Assembly (NCBI GenBank): GCA_050633305.1
Contig: JBOEGF010000010.1
Span: 800,001-864,000, forward strand
Reading direction: 5' to 3'
From: Nannocystales bacterium
GTDB taxonomy: Bacteria; Myxococcota_A; Polyangia; Nannocystales; Nannocystaceae
Length of the DNA stretch: 64,000 nucleotides
Part shown: positions 49,476 to 59,560 of the stretch, piece by piece
Layout: each line of letters starts with the position of its first letter
Numbering within the stretch: the stretch's first letter is position 1
The notes under the pieces: generated by a model
What the model was told of the DNA's origin: nothing
What the model saw: the letters and a program-made list of their open reading frames with translations, nothing else
Database searches by the model: none
Translations under genes and position numbers: made by a program

Positions 49476-49981
49476 GCCGAGCCTCGTTGTTCATGCTGGT
49501 CGTTCTCGGCGGTTGTACGTTGACCGCGTCGTTGGGCGGAGACGCCGAGCAAGGAACCAGCGGAACCGGCGGCTCTTCCAGCACGACGTCGAGTTCATCG
49601 GGGCAAGCCGTCTCGGGCGTAGAGACTGGCCCGGGTCCCGGGGTGAGTACCACCGGGGACCCCGGGGCCTCCTCGACGGGGGGGAGTACGAACTCGGCCA
49701 GCTCGAGCTCCACCGGGGCGGTGGAAAACACGAGCGGAGGGCAGCCCATGGTGTGCGAGGGACCCAGTGACGAGAGCTGTCTAGCCTGTCTTCGGGAGAG
49801 CTGTTGCAGCGTGTTGGAGCAGTGTCTGAGCACGCCGTTGTGTGCCTGCATCCTGGGTTGTCTCGAGTTCGCGCCCGACTTCGTGAGCTGCGTGGACCTC
49901 CCAGCCTGTGCCGGGGGTCCAACTGCCGATGTGCTCCAGCTGTGTGCTGTGGGCGACTGCGGGCCCGCCTGCGGCTTCTAA
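49472..49981 (+). CDS. Cys-rich lipoprotein
   Basis: LGGC lipobox, S/T spacer, Cys-rich tail; GTGA overlap. Confidence 0.72.
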   Translation: MSRASLFMLVVLGGCTLTASLGGDAEQGTSGTGGSSSTTSSSSGQAVSGVETGPGPGVSTTGDPGASSTGGSTNSASSSSTGAVENTSGGQPMVCEGPSDESCLACLRESCCSVLEQCLSTPLCACILGCLEFAPDFVSCVDLPACAGGPTADVLQLCAVGDCGPACGF

Positions 49982-50074
49982 AAGAAACCTGGAAATCGCT
50001 TCACGGATCGGTGTGGCTGGCCCCCAATACCTCGTGTGACCGGTTGCGCACGAGCGCAGCGCGGAAGGGACAAC

Positions 50075-50671
50075 ATGAACAAACACCTACTGACTTCACT
50101 TGGTGCGATCTTGACCGCGGGCATGCTGACGCTCGCGGGTTGCGACGGTGGTTCGGACGCCGCCGACACGGACAGCGGCACCGGTACCGACACGGAGGCC
50201 TCGGGGACCGACGCATCTGCCTCCGCGTCCGACTCCGATTCCAACTCGGCGTCCGACTCCAACTCGGCGTCCGACTCCAACTCCGGGGTCGACAGCGACA
50301 GTGACGGAACATCTTCGACGACATCCGCTGGTACCAGCGGGGCCACGACCGGTGGTGCAGAGTCGGGGTCGAGTAGCGCCGGGACCACCGGCGGCGAGGA
50401 CTCGGGATCCACAACGGGGGGCGAGGATGGCTCGACCGGAAGTGATGCAGGGTCAACCGGGGAAGAAGTCGACGCCTGCATGGGACTTGAGCTTCAGCAG
50501 TGCTTCATGACCGAGGGCTGCACCTGGGAGGCGGCGGGCCCTGGCACGGGGGAGTGTGTCACCGGTGGCGGCGCTGGTGAGGGCGGCGGGGTGTGTGAAT
50601 TCATCCCCGTCGCGTTCTGCGAGAGCACACCTGGGTGCACGGTCGACGGAATGGATTGCGTCGAGGAGTAA
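50075..50671 (+). CDS. Ser/Asp/Gly-rich lipoprotein with Cys-rich tail
   Basis: GGAAGGGA RBS, LAGC lipobox. Confidence 0.78.
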   Translation: MNKHLLTSLGAILTAGMLTLAGCDGGSDAADTDSGTGTDTEASGTDASASASDSDSNSASDSNSASDSNSGVDSDSDGTSSTTSAGTSGATTGGAESGSSSAGTTGGEDSGSTTGGEDGSTGSDAGSTGEEVDACMGLELQQCFMTEGCTWEAAGPGTGECVTGGGAGEGGGVCEFIPVAFCESTPGCTVDGMDCVEE

Positions 50672-50677
50672 CGCGGG

Positions 50678-51214
50678 CTACTTGAAGACGTTCTCGCGAT
50701 AGAACTTGAGTTCCGAGATCGACTCTCGGATATCGTCGAGGGCCCGATGGCTCTGCCCTTTGGGTGGGGCCTTCGTGTCCGGGTACCAGCGCCGCGTCAG
50801 CTCCTTGACCGTGCTGACGTCGATCATCCTGTAGTGCAGGAACGCGTCGAGCTTGGGCATGTAGCGCGAGATGAAGCGGCGGTCCTGCCAGATCGAGTTG
50901 CCACACAAGGGCGACGCGCCGGCTTTGCACAGCGGCTCCAAGAACGCGAGGGTCTGTGCCTCGGCCTGCGCGAGTGAGGTCGTTGATGCCTTCACTCCTG
51001 CGGTGAGACCCGACTCCCCGTGGTGGTTGGTGCACCACTCGTCCATCGCATCGAGCACCTCGTCGGGCTGGTGGACGATGATCTCGGGGCCTTCGGCGAC
51101 CAGCTCAAGGTCCGCATCGGTGACCAGCGTTGCGATCTCCAAGATCCTGCAGGTCTCGGGATCCAGGCCCGACATCTCCAGATCGATCCACACGAGGGGC
51201 GCGGGCGTCGTCAC
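50678..51214 (-). CDS. orn: oligoribonuclease
   Basis: WIDLEMSGL, LCGNS, HYRMIDVST and HRALDDIRES motifs. Confidence 0.96.
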   Translation of the reverse strand: MTTPAPLVWIDLEMSGLDPETCRILEIATLVTDADLELVAEGPEIIVHQPDEVLDAMDEWCTNHHGESGLTAGVKASTTSLAQAEAQTLAFLEPLCKAGASPLCGNSIWQDRRFISRYMPKLDAFLHYRMIDVSTVKELTRRWYPDTKAPPKGQSHRALDDIRESISELKFYRENVFK

Positions 51215-51575
51215 GGCCGCAGGCTAACACGGCGTAGATCCTCCGCCGGGAGCGGAGGCCGCGGCGGCGAGCTGTGAGAACGGCGTCGAAACGGAGTCTG
51301 GACGCGCCCCATGTGCACGACCCGGAGACCCCGGAGTCGACCGGGCCACCTTCCGACTCGTCGTCCTCGCGATCGCTGAACCTTGGGTCAGCGCCATCGA
51401 CGCGACCGACCGCGGAGCATCTGAGGACAGTCGTGCGTCCCAGTCCGGTACCCCGGCCGCTCGACGGACGGTAGGTGTCCATCTGGGCCCGCGAATCGGG
51501 AGTTCTCGATTTTTCTTGGCGGGTACCGACACGAACTGACGACTCCGGTGTTGTTAGGCTCGCGACTGGGTTCTT

Positions 51576-52055
51576 TTGGCCGTCGACGTCGACAACCTCT
51601 ACCGCCGGTACGGACCGTTCGTGTTGCGGCGTTGTCGAAGGATGCTGCGCGATGAGCAGCAAGCGTATGAGGCGATGCAAGACGTTTTCTTACAAGTGCT
51701 GCGGCGCCGCGAAGCCATCGAGCCTCGAGGGCTGGGTGGGCTTCTGTTTCGGATCGCAACCAACGTCTGTCTCAACCGAATCCGGTCGACCACCCGAAAA
51801 CCACAGTTCTCCGCGAGTGACATGCTTCATCGAGTCCCAGCAGCCGAACGTTACAGCAGCCAAGCCGAAGCGCGTGATCTGCTTCGGAGTGCGTTCGCCG
51901 ATGAACCAGAGAGCTCCGCGACCATCGTAGCCTTGCATCTGCACGACGGGCTGACGCTCGAGCAGACTGCACGCTTTGTCGGCATGTCGGTGTCTGGTGT
52001 CCGCCACCGCCTTCGGGTCCTCAAAGCCAAGCTCCAGGAGCTCCGTGATGCCTGA
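51576..52055 (+). CDS. ECF RNA polymerase sigma factor
   Basis: YEAMQDVF, LFRIATNVCLN, DGLTLEQTA...GMSVSGVRHRL. Confidence 0.88.
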   Translation: MAVDVDNLYRRYGPFVLRRCRRMLRDEQQAYEAMQDVFLQVLRRREAIEPRGLGGLLFRIATNVCLNRIRSTTRKPQFSASDMLHRVPAAERYSSQAEARDLLRSAFADEPESSATIVALHLHDGLTLEQTARFVGMSVSGVRHRLRVLKAKLQELRDA

Positions 52056-52893
52056 GACCGTTCCCGACATCCTCGTAGAACTTCTCGCCCTGGGCGAACT
52101 CGACGACGCGGAAGCGAGTGCCGTGCGGGCGCAGCTCGAGGCCGAGGGCGACCCCCGACTCGACGAACTCGCAACGAGCGACGTGGAGGTGTTCGCGCGG
52201 TACCCCGCGGAGCAGGTCGTCGCCGAACTACGCGAGGCTGGGTTTCCGCCGCAACCGGTTGCCGAGGAGCTGCCCTCCAACGTCACGCCCTTGACTCGGG
52301 CGCAGGCGGCACCCCGGGCCCGAGTCCGACCGTGGGTCGCCGCAGCCGTCTCCGTGGCTGCTGCCGCTGTCTTGGTGTGGGCGCTGGCCTCGGGCGACGA
52401 GCTGCCGCCCGAGGAGCCGCCGAGGGTTGCGATGGTCGACCCTCCGACGACCTCCGGCGATCCGGCGGGGATCCGTACGAAGGGGGTTCCTCGCATCCTC
52501 GTTCATCGGCAGGGCGAGTCCGATCCGCTGGAAGCGGGTGCGGCAGTCCACGCCGGCGACATGCTTCAGCTGTCGTACTCGGGGGCGGGTGGCCGACACG
52601 GTGTGATCGTGTCGCTCGATGGGGCCGGTGTTGCGTCGCTGCACTTCCCGGCTCAAGCCGACGCATCGACAGAACTCTCGCGGGGGCTCGTACGACTCGA
52701 GTACGCGTACGAACTCGACGATGCACCCGTGTTCGAACGGTTCTTCCTGGTCACCGCTCCCACACCGCTCGACCCCGATGCAGTCCTGTCAGCCGCGCGT
52801 CGGTTGGGGCAGAGCGAGGCGCCTGGTGCTGGGGAGTTGGAGTTGGCGGAGAGTTGGTCGGCTGTTTCGCTCGCGGTCAAAAAGTCAGACTGA
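52048..52893 (+). CDS. ActD-like anti-sigma/membrane protein with DUF4384-like C-terminal domain
   Basis: VPDILVELLALGEL, one TM, IRTKG, GDMLQLSY, AYELDDAPVFERFF. Confidence 0.72.
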   Translation: MPETVPDILVELLALGELDDAEASAVRAQLEAEGDPRLDELATSDVEVFARYPAEQVVAELREAGFPPQPVAEELPSNVTPLTRAQAAPRARVRPWVAAAVSVAAAAVLVWALASGDELPPEEPPRVAMVDPPTTSGDPAGIRTKGVPRILVHRQGESDPLEAGAAVHAGDMLQLSYSGAGGRHGVIVSLDGAGVASLHFPAQADASTELSRGLVRLEYAYELDDAPVFERFFLVTAPTPLDPDAVLSAARRLGQSEAPGAGELELAESWSAVSLAVKKSD

Positions 52894-52954
52894 TTTCCGG
52901 GGCGACGTCTTTCGTGCCCACCGAACAAGTCTCGTTTTTCTTCGTTCGATCGCC

Positions 52955-52983
52955 TTGACCCGGTGGGGTTCGTCCCCTACACC
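52955..52983 (+). promoter_or_regulatory. sigma70-type promoter for the leader-tRNA transcript
   Basis: TTGACC-17 nt-TACACC; same -35 and spacing as the tRNA-Val and fic promoters. Confidence 0.5.
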
Positions 52984-52989
52984 GATGCG

Positions 52990-53261
52990 GTCCGCCCCTG
53001 GCGACGACGCGAGAACTCGCCATGGAACGCTTCACGACCCAAAAACGCACAGCGGCCAAACCGGCTCTTGTGCGGATGGTTGCGCCCACGAAGGGCCGCA
53101 ATATGGGCGCGTGTTGAGCGTTCCCGGGCGTTGTTGCTGACGTTGCACTTCGGTGTACAGGCGGCCTGCCCGGGCGCTGGGACATGCGAACTTCAACCCG
53201 CCCTGCAGGCGGCCGACGTCGTCGTGACGTCATCGTCGTGGGGTCGATTCCCACGGCTCTT
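52990..53261 (+). ncRNA. candidate structured RNA/leader preceding the tRNA pair
   Basis: nested complementary segments with G-U pairs, a C(UUCG)G hairpin, and a T-arm-like terminal hairpin. Confidence 0.4.
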
Positions 53262-53266
53262 GTCTC

Positions 53267-53340
53267 GGTCTGGTAGCTCAGTTGGTTAGAGCGGCGGATT
53301 CTTAACCCGCAGGTCGAGGGTTCGATTCCCTCCCGGATCA
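53267..53340 (+). tRNA. tRNA-Lys (CTT), CCA not encoded
   Basis: acceptor GGTCTGG/CCGGATC, D arm GCTC-AGTTGGTTA-GAGC, anticodon loop TT-CTT-AA, T arm GAGGG-TTCGATT-CCCTC. Confidence 0.9.
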
Positions 53341-53346
53341 CTGCGT

Positions 53347-53417
53347 GGGTCTGTAGCTGATTGGATAGCACTCGTCTGTTAAGCGAGCGCATGCGGGTTC
53401 GAATCCCGCCGGGCCCT
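53347..53417 (+). tRNA. tRNA-Asn (GTT), atypical
   Basis: acceptor GGGTCTG/CGGGCCC, anticodon arm CTCGT-CT-GTT-AA-GCGAG, T arm GCGGG-TTCGAAT-CCCGC; short D arm. Confidence 0.82.
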
Positions 53418-53459
53418 TCACATCATCGCGCCTCGGGATCGCTCCGGCTCCGGCTCTGG

Positions 53460-54647
53460 CTATTTCGGGGGCCCGAACACTTCGCGAAGGACCTCTTGCA
53501 CCCACGCTGCGTGCTTGTAGTCCACAGAGTCCGAACGCTCCCTCGGTGCGACCACGCGAACGACGACGTGGTCTTCGGGGTCGTGGGGCTCGGCGGGTCG
53601 CTCGACCAAATGGACTTCGGCCTCGCCCACACAGTCCTCTCCGCACTCGGGCACGTGAGAACCATCGGCATACGCCCGGACCACGTCGTCGACACTGATC
53701 TCGACCCGCTGCCCCAGCTCGACGGCGTACCCCGTGGAATCGAACTCTCCCAGCTGAACCATCAGAGCTGCGAGCCCGTTGAGCAGGTCTGTGGCGCGCT
53801 GGAGCACCTTGGGATCGCGAGGCAGGCCGTCGAGTTCGAGGTCAGGGCTTCCGAACCGACGCATCCCTCTGGTGCTCAGTCGCACGCCGTCGGGGTTCAT
53901 CTTGTCGATGAACGGGACGACGGCGATCTGCTCGGCGATGTTGCCCAACGACGACTTGAGCCGACGCTTGGTGAAGGTGTCGGTGCCCACCGTCTCGCCG
54001 GTGTCCGGATCGTGGATGAGCGCATCGCGCTCAAGCGCGACGATGCGGGTGAGTGTTTGCAGGAGGCGGAGTCCTCGGACCGCGTACTGGTTGCGGTACT
54101 CGGCTCGCAGCAGGAGGGCTTGGGTGCGGCCCGGCAAGCTCGAACGCTGCTCGGCGGTCAACGCTCGCGTGAGGATGGGGTCCGCAAGCGACGCGGAACC
54201 GACGGCGCCCTTCGAACCACCGACCGGGAGCATGTCGATGTTGATGCCGAGCAGGTCGCGAGTCGCTCGAGGTGAGCCGTCGCCGGGGCCAGCGGCCACG
54301 GGTGCGGGCTCGGTGGCGATGAATTCCAACAGCAACGCAAGCTCGGGCTCGTCGGTGGCGGTGGCGAGCTTGGCCTTGACCAACGCCTGGAGCGCTTCGC
54401 GGGTGGGAGCCTGATGTTTGCCCGGGGGGAGCAGCAGCAAGTATGCCTGCGACGTCCGGTCGGCAAACACGATCAAGTGCGGGTCGCCGGACTCCGGAGG
54501 CTCCGTGCTGGGGGATTCGTCGCCCGAGGCCACAGCGGGTGCGGCGGTCTCTCCCGTTCGCTGTCCGGCGGTTTGAGTCTCGTCCTGAGCGGGCTGCTTG
54601 GCACAGGACGCGCTCAGGGCGGTGAGGAGCAGGAGCGAGCGTTTCAT
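53460..54647 (-). CDS. hypothetical lipoprotein
   Basis: SASC lipobox, [14 protein letters not shown] motif; ATGA overlap with the upstream dehydratase. Confidence 0.72.
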   Translation of the reverse strand: MKRSLLLLTALSASCAKQPAQDETQTAGQRTGETAAPAVASGDESPSTEPPESGDPHLIVFADRTSQAYLLLLPPGKHQAPTREALQALVKAKLATATDEPELALLLEFIATEPAPVAAGPGDGSPRATRDLLGINIDMLPVGGSKGAVGSASLADPILTRALTAEQRSSLPGRTQALLLRAEYRNQYAVRGLRLLQTLTRIVALERDALIHDPDTGETVGTDTFTKRRLKSSLGNIAEQIAVVPFIDKMNPDGVRLSTRGMRRFGSPDLELDGLPRDPKVLQRATDLLNGLAALMVQLGEFDSTGYAVELGQRVEISVDDVVRAYADGSHVPECGEDCVGEAEVHLVERPAEPHDPEDHVVVRVVAPRERSDSVDYKHAAWVQEVLREVFGPPK

Positions 54648-55624
54648 GCTTCGGCGTGTTCGGTGAGAAGGCGGGCCACGATGGCGGGGTCGACGTTGCC
54701 GCCCGAGAGGAGTACCCCGACGTGCGTCGGCGATCCGGGAAGGACCTCACGCATGGCAACCGCCAGCGCGGCGGCGCCCGAAGGCTCCAGCAGCATTTTG
54801 TGGCGGGTCAGTACGTGCACAAGTCCGCGTCCCATCTCGGAATCGTTGACGAGATGACTCCCGCGGACCACGTGTTTGGCGATCTCGAAGTTGAGCGCGC
54901 CCACTTGCACCGGCTTGAGTCCATCGCCCAGCGTAGGTGCGGGTTGCACGGAGACCCGCGTGCCCTCGGCCAGACTCTGCGCCATCGCGTCGCAACCCTT
55001 CGGCTCGGCCGTGTAGACACGGACGCCGGCCGCGGCACAGACCACGCATGCCCCGGCCAACAACCCGCCGCCGCCCACCGGGACAACCAGCGCATCCAGT
55101 CCTGCCCCATCGGTACGACTTCGAACCTCTTCGAGCAGTTCGAGGGTGGCGGTCCCTGCTCCGGCGACGATGTGCGGGTGGTCGAACGGCTCGATGATAC
55201 TCGCGCCGCTGTCCTGCGCGATCGCGAGTGCTCGCTCTTTGCGCTCGCTCGACGTTGTGCCCGCGAAGACGATCGTCGCCCCCAGCGCACGGACCGAGGC
55301 GACCTTGACCTTCGGAGCGTCGGTGGGCATTGCGATGGTTGCCGGGACGCCGAACCGTTGGGCTGCGAGGGCCACGGCTTGGGCGTGGTTGCCCGAGCTG
55401 TAGGTCACCAAGCCGCGCTCGCGAACCGCGGGCGGCAGGCGCCCAACCGCGTGGAGTGCTCCGCGAGCCTTGAACGCCCCGATGTGCTGGAGGTTCTCGG
55501 CCTTGAGCCAAAGCGTCACCCCGCGCTCCGAAAGCGTGTCGTCGCGAACCACCGGGGTCCGGCGAACCTGCCCCTGCAGCCGATCTGCGGCCGCCTGTAC
55601 GTCTTCGAGCTGGACCGGGAGCAT
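54644..55624 (-). CDS. threonine/serine dehydratase (PLP fold type II)
   Basis: [36 protein letters not shown] and LSGGN motifs. Confidence 0.92.
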   Translation of the reverse strand: MLPVQLEDVQAAADRLQGQVRRTPVVRDDTLSERGVTLWLKAENLQHIGAFKARGALHAVGRLPPAVRERGLVTYSSGNHAQAVALAAQRFGVPATIAMPTDAPKVKVASVRALGATIVFAGTTSSERKERALAIAQDSGASIIEPFDHPHIVAGAGTATLELLEEVRSRTDGAGLDALVVPVGGGGLLAGACVVCAAAGVRVYTAEPKGCDAMAQSLAEGTRVSVQPAPTLGDGLKPVQVGALNFEIAKHVVRGSHLVNDSEMGRGLVHVLTRHKMLLEPSGAAALAVAMREVLPGSPTHVGVLLSGGNVDPAIVARLLTEHAEA

Positions 55625-55665
55625 CCGTGCAAGGCTACCCGGTTTTGCGGTAGCGTTCCCGCCGC

Positions 55666-57699
55666 TTGGCTTCGTCGCTCGATAGATGGCTGAAGACCGC
55701 CCGGGCATGGGCGCTGCTCGCAAGTCTCGTCGTGGTGGTCATCTACTGCCTCGAGATGTCCGCCTCGGGCCCGTGGGATCCGTGGGAGACGCACTACGGA
55801 GAGGTGGCTCGGAACATCCTCGTGCGCTCCGACCCTGTCGACCTTTGGTGGCAGGGAGGCAACGGGGGTCCGCACGCCACGGCCGAGAAGAGCTTCGCGT
55901 CCAAGCCGGCCCTGCCGTTTTGGTGCATGGCGCTGTCCATGAAGCTCATGGGGGTCGGCGTGGGTCGAAACCCCGCCGAAATGGTCCAGCCGTTCTGGCC
56001 CGAGTTCGCCATCCGTCTGCCGAGCATGATGACGGGCTTGGGGGCGACGTTCTTTCTCGGCATGGTCGCTTGGCGGCTCAAGAAGCCGCGCGCCGGGATT
56101 CTCGTGGGACTCGTTCTTGCGACGATGCCGCAATGGGCGATGGCCTCTCGTCAGGCGCTCACGGACATTTACTTCGTCGGCCCGGTTGTTGTCGCCGCAG
56201 GGTGCTGGGCGATGGCTTGGTTGCAACCCGACCGCGCGCTGAAGCGTCGAGGGGCGGGCGTCAAGTCGGTCCCGTGGGATCGGGCCTACCTTGCCTTTCT
56301 GGTCGCATTCATCGTCGCCGCGGTCGTGCCGCTGGCGGTCGTGCATCAGCATGCCTTTGATCCGCTGACCTGGAAGTACTTCGGCGGCGATGCCGGGTTT
56401 GCCAAGGGTCTCAAGGACATCCAGAAGCACATGTTCGGCTACTGGGCGATTGCCGTCGTGGTGCTGCTGCGGAGCCTTCGCTGGAAGCACCGGTCGCAGG
56501 CATGGATGGGGATCCTCTACCTTGCCGCGGGCCTGTCGCTCATCGGCAAGGGGTTGATCGGCCCTGGCATCGTCGGCGCGATCGTCCTCGCCCACATCGC
56601 CGTGTCGTGGCGCTGGGGGCTGTTGCGCCGCTGCGGATTGGTCATCGGCACGATGTTGTTCGTGCTGCCGGGATTCCCCTGGCATCACGCGATGGTGCTG
56701 TATCGCGGTGACCGCTGGGTCAGCGAGCTCATCATCCAAAACAACCTGCAACGCTTCTCGACGGGTGAGCAGAAGCAAGCCGTTGGCGGGTTCGCGTTCT
56801 ATGTGGAGACGCTTGGGCTTGCGGCGCTGCCTTGGTCGATGCTCGTTCCCGCTGGGGTATGGCGCGCCGTCGAGGCGTTCAAGCGTGCCCCGGAGGACAC
56901 AGAGGACCACGGCGGGAAGGCGCTGCACCGCTTCGCATTCCTATGGTTTGCCGTGGCGCTGCTGACGATCAGCTACAGCACCACGAAGTACTATCACTAC
57001 CTCATCCCGGTGCTTCCGCCGCTTGCGCTGATGTTGGGCCTTTGGCTCGATGACCTGCTCGACCGAACGAAGCCTTCGTACGGTGTGACGGTGTGCGCGC
57101 TCGGGGGATTGGTCATCGGCGTCGCGGTTGTGCGGGATGCGATGCTCACACCCACCTGGCTCGCGCACCTGACCACCTACCTCTACACGGGCATGTGGAC
57201 CAAGGGGGCTCCGGAGGTGGACCGCCTGGCGATCACGGTGCTTCCGTTTGCGGTCGGACTTCTCCTGTGGATGTTCGCCCGTACCCGCAGGGCCCGGCGT
57301 TTCACCGTTGGCGCCTGGTTGCTCTCGGGTTTGCTCACGACGGGGTGGTTGATCGCCGACTACATCCCGGCATCCTCCGAGAACTGGTCGCAGCGCACCG
57401 CCATGCGGATGTACTTCGACGAGCGCGGGCCCGAGGACCGACTCGTCAGCTGGTGGTTCTACTATCGGGGCGAGACGTTCTTCACCAAGGCCGACATCTG
57501 GATGATGAAGAACCCCGACCGGAGTCGCCTTGCCGATCTTGTCGCCGAGCGAGAGGGCAAGGATGCCGCGTTGTGGTTCATCACCATCGAGCCGCACGCC
57601 AAGCGCTTGGCCCCGCAGCTCCCCACGAAGTACCGCGACGATCTCGAGGAGAAGTACCGCAGCTTTCACTACGTGATGATGCGGTTGCCGCTCGACTAG
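55666..57699 (+). CDS. ArnT/PMT-family (GT-C) membrane glycosyltransferase
   Basis: [27 protein letters not shown] and TKYYHY motifs; many TMs. Confidence 0.85.
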   Translation: MASSLDRWLKTARAWALLASLVVVVIYCLEMSASGPWDPWETHYGEVARNILVRSDPVDLWWQGGNGGPHATAEKSFASKPALPFWCMALSMKLMGVGVGRNPAEMVQPFWPEFAIRLPSMMTGLGATFFLGMVAWRLKKPRAGILVGLVLATMPQWAMASRQALTDIYFVGPVVVAAGCWAMAWLQPDRALKRRGAGVKSVPWDRAYLAFLVAFIVAAVVPLAVVHQHAFDPLTWKYFGGDAGFAKGLKDIQKHMFGYWAIAVVVLLRSLRWKHRSQAWMGILYLAAGLSLIGKGLIGPGIVGAIVLAHIAVSWRWGLLRRCGLVIGTMLFVLPGFPWHHAMVLYRGDRWVSELIIQNNLQRFSTGEQKQAVGGFAFYVETLGLAALPWSMLVPAGVWRAVEAFKRAPEDTEDHGGKALHRFAFLWFAVALLTISYSTTKYYHYLIPVLPPLALMLGLWLDDLLDRTKPSYGVTVCALGGLVIGVAVVRDAMLTPTWLAHLTTYLYTGMWTKGAPEVDRLAITVLPFAVGLLLWMFARTRRARRFTVGAWLLSGLLTTGWLIADYIPASSENWSQRTAMRMYFDERGPEDRLVSWWFYYRGETFFTKADIWMMKNPDRSRLADLVAEREGKDAALWFITIEPHAKRLAPQLPTKYRDDLEEKYRSFHYVMMRLPLD

Positions 57700-57808
57700 G
57701 TGGCGCGCCGGGCTCCGAGAGCGGAGGCGGAGGTCACATCGGCGTGAGGATGGCCTGGGCCGGCATGGGACGAATGACCGATGTCGACTCTGGGCATCGA
57801 GTCCATCC

Positions 57809-58300
57809 ATGGAGGGCGTGTTCTGTGTTCTCCAAATCCGGGAGGTGCTCTTGGGCGCCTCCATTCGTGTAGCGTTCACGTCGCTGCTCCTGTCTCCGAG
57901 CGCTTGTGATGACGACGGTGGTGGGTGCACGCCCGGCTACGAGACATGCGCATGTACGGCGGAGTCGGTTTGCCTCGAGGGACTGCAATGCCTCTCGAGC
58001 CGATGCGTGGACCCGAAGTCCATGCCCGAAGAGGACGACGGTGACGACACGGAAGCGGGGGGCGGCATGCCCGAAACCGACACTGGCCATGACAACGAGT
58101 CGGCCTGCGAGATGCTCCTGGATTCCCTCGAGTGCGCGCCTCCGGCCGGCGTGGCCCTGATCGACTGCGCGAGCTTCGGGTCCTCCCCGTGTGACCTCGC
58201 TGATTATTTCGAGTGCCTTGCCGACAACACGATGTGCAGCGGCGAGCAGCTCGACGCAAGCGGATGGACACAGTGCATGGATCTCGCGGTGTGCTCATGA
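57809..58300 (+). CDS. Cys-rich lipoprotein
   Basis: PSAC lipobox, CTPGYETCAC...CLEGLQC; start uncertain. Confidence 0.68.
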   Translation: MEGVFCVLQIREVLLGASIRVAFTSLLLSPSACDDDGGGCTPGYETCACTAESVCLEGLQCLSSRCVDPKSMPEEDDGDDTEAGGGMPETDTGHDNESACEMLLDSLECAPPAGVALIDCASFGSSPCDLADYFECLADNTMCSGEQLDASGWTQCMDLAVCS

Positions 58301-59424
58301 CCGGCGCAAGGCGTGGCCTACTCGGCATGGTGCTCTTGGTCGCCTGCGGCTCTGCTGGAGAAACGGGGGCAGAGACGCAAGGCTGCGAACAGGGACAATG
58401 TCTGGGCGAGCTGGTCTGCCTCTCGGACCTCTGCGTGGACCCGCAGTGGGAACCCGAAGCGTCGACCGGGGCATCGGGGCCCGAGCCCTCCGGCTCGTCG
58501 GGGCCAGCCACGTCGCAGAGCTCGACGTCCGGTCCAAGCGGAGGCACAGAGACAGGGGACGGCCAGACGGGCTCGGCGAGCTCTGGTGAGAGCGTGAGCT
58601 GTGGAGCGGTCGACGTCTTGGTGTTGATCGACAACTCGATTTCGATGGCTGCGAAGCAACAGCGGGTCGAGGCCGCGCTGGGTCCGTTCTTCGACGCGCT
58701 CGAGGTGGCGACGGGGGACAACGCGCACCACGTGATGATCATCGACAGTGATGCGTGGCCCTTCGCGGAATGCGAGCTGACGCTGTGCCCGGTGGTCGGC
58801 GGGTGTTGGCCGGTGTGGCCGGAGTACGTTTGCGGAGAAACGACACCGATGGTCTGCGAGGACGTCCTCGGGGCAGGGGTCACGCATCCCCGCGGCGTCG
58901 ATGCGGCGAACACCGACTGCGCTCTTGGGGGGCAGCGTTTCACGCGTCTGTCCGAAGATGGAGCGCGCGACCGGGTGGCGTGCGCGGCTCGGGTGGGGAC
59001 GTCCGGAGGAGCGGAACGCCCAATGGATGCGCTTGTCGCAGCCGTTGACCCGCGGACCGAGGCCGGCGTGTGCAACGAAGGGTTTGCTCGCTCGGAGCGT
59101 CCGCTGGCCATCGTCTTGGTCACGGACGAAGAAGATGACCCCGAGGATTCGATGGGGACGCCCGCGGTCTGGCACGAGAGGCTGACCGAGAGCCGGGTTG
59201 GGCCTGTCTTCGTGCTCGGCCTCGTAGGCGATCATATTCGGGCCGAGACCGCCTGCACGACCACCAGTACCGAGAGCCCGTCTGGAGCCGAGCCGAGTCC
59301 GCGGCTGTGGCAGTTCATCGAGCTCTTCGGTTCCGCCGGGGTCCTCGCGAGTGTCTGTGCCGAAGACTATGCCCCCGCGCTCGAAGCCTTCGCCCACACG
59401 GTCGGTGACAGCTGCGGCGGATGA
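58297..59424 (+). CDS. vWA-domain lipoprotein (paralogue of 22434-23492)
   Basis: LVAC lipobox, DVLVLIDNSISM, CAARVGT, ERPM, CNEGF and VTDE motifs. Confidence 0.8.
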   Translation: MTGARRGLLGMVLLVACGSAGETGAETQGCEQGQCLGELVCLSDLCVDPQWEPEASTGASGPEPSGSSGPATSQSSTSGPSGGTETGDGQTGSASSGESVSCGAVDVLVLIDNSISMAAKQQRVEAALGPFFDALEVATGDNAHHVMIIDSDAWPFAECELTLCPVVGGCWPVWPEYVCGETTPMVCEDVLGAGVTHPRGVDAANTDCALGGQRFTRLSEDGARDRVACAARVGTSGGAERPMDALVAAVDPRTEAGVCNEGFARSERPLAIVLVTDEEDDPEDSMGTPAVWHERLTESRVGPVFVLGLVGDHIRAETACTTTSTESPSGAEPSPRLWQFIELFGSAGVLASVCAEDYAPALEAFAHTVGDSCGG

Positions 59425-59433
59425 CCGCGCCAC

Positions 59434-59470
59434 AAAAGAAGAGGCCGGCGGAGCGAACTCCGTCGGCCTC
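59434..59470 (-). terminator. intrinsic terminator after tRNA-Val
   Basis: long stem gaggccggcggag/ctccgtcggcctc with a T-rich tail on the minus strand. Confidence 0.8.
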
Positions 59471-59473
59471 GAG

Positions 59474-59547
59474 TAGGCGGAACTGGACTTGAACCAGCGA
59501 CCACCGCGATGTAAACACGGTGCTCTAACCAACTGAGCTACCCGCCT
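59474..59547 (-). tRNA. tRNA-Val (TAC), CCA not encoded
   Basis: acceptor AGGCGGG/TCCGCCT, anticodon arm CCGTG-TT-TAC-AT-CGCGG, T arm GCTGG-TTCAAGT-CCAGT. Confidence 0.95.
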
Positions 59548-59560
59548 ATGTGGGGCGTGG

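Noticed and set aside
51215..51575. Small gene between orn and the second ECF
   Set aside because: The candidate ORFs lack an RBS, recognisable motifs and typical codon bias; treated as a divergent promoter region
52898..53261. tmRNA (GGGGCG start and T-arm-like end)
   Set aside because: No pairing acceptor stem with G3-U70, no CCA, and no tag ORF ending in Ala-Ala
53267..59547. Genomic island bounded by tRNAs
   Set aside because: No integrase, no duplicated tRNA 3' end, and the intervening genes look native
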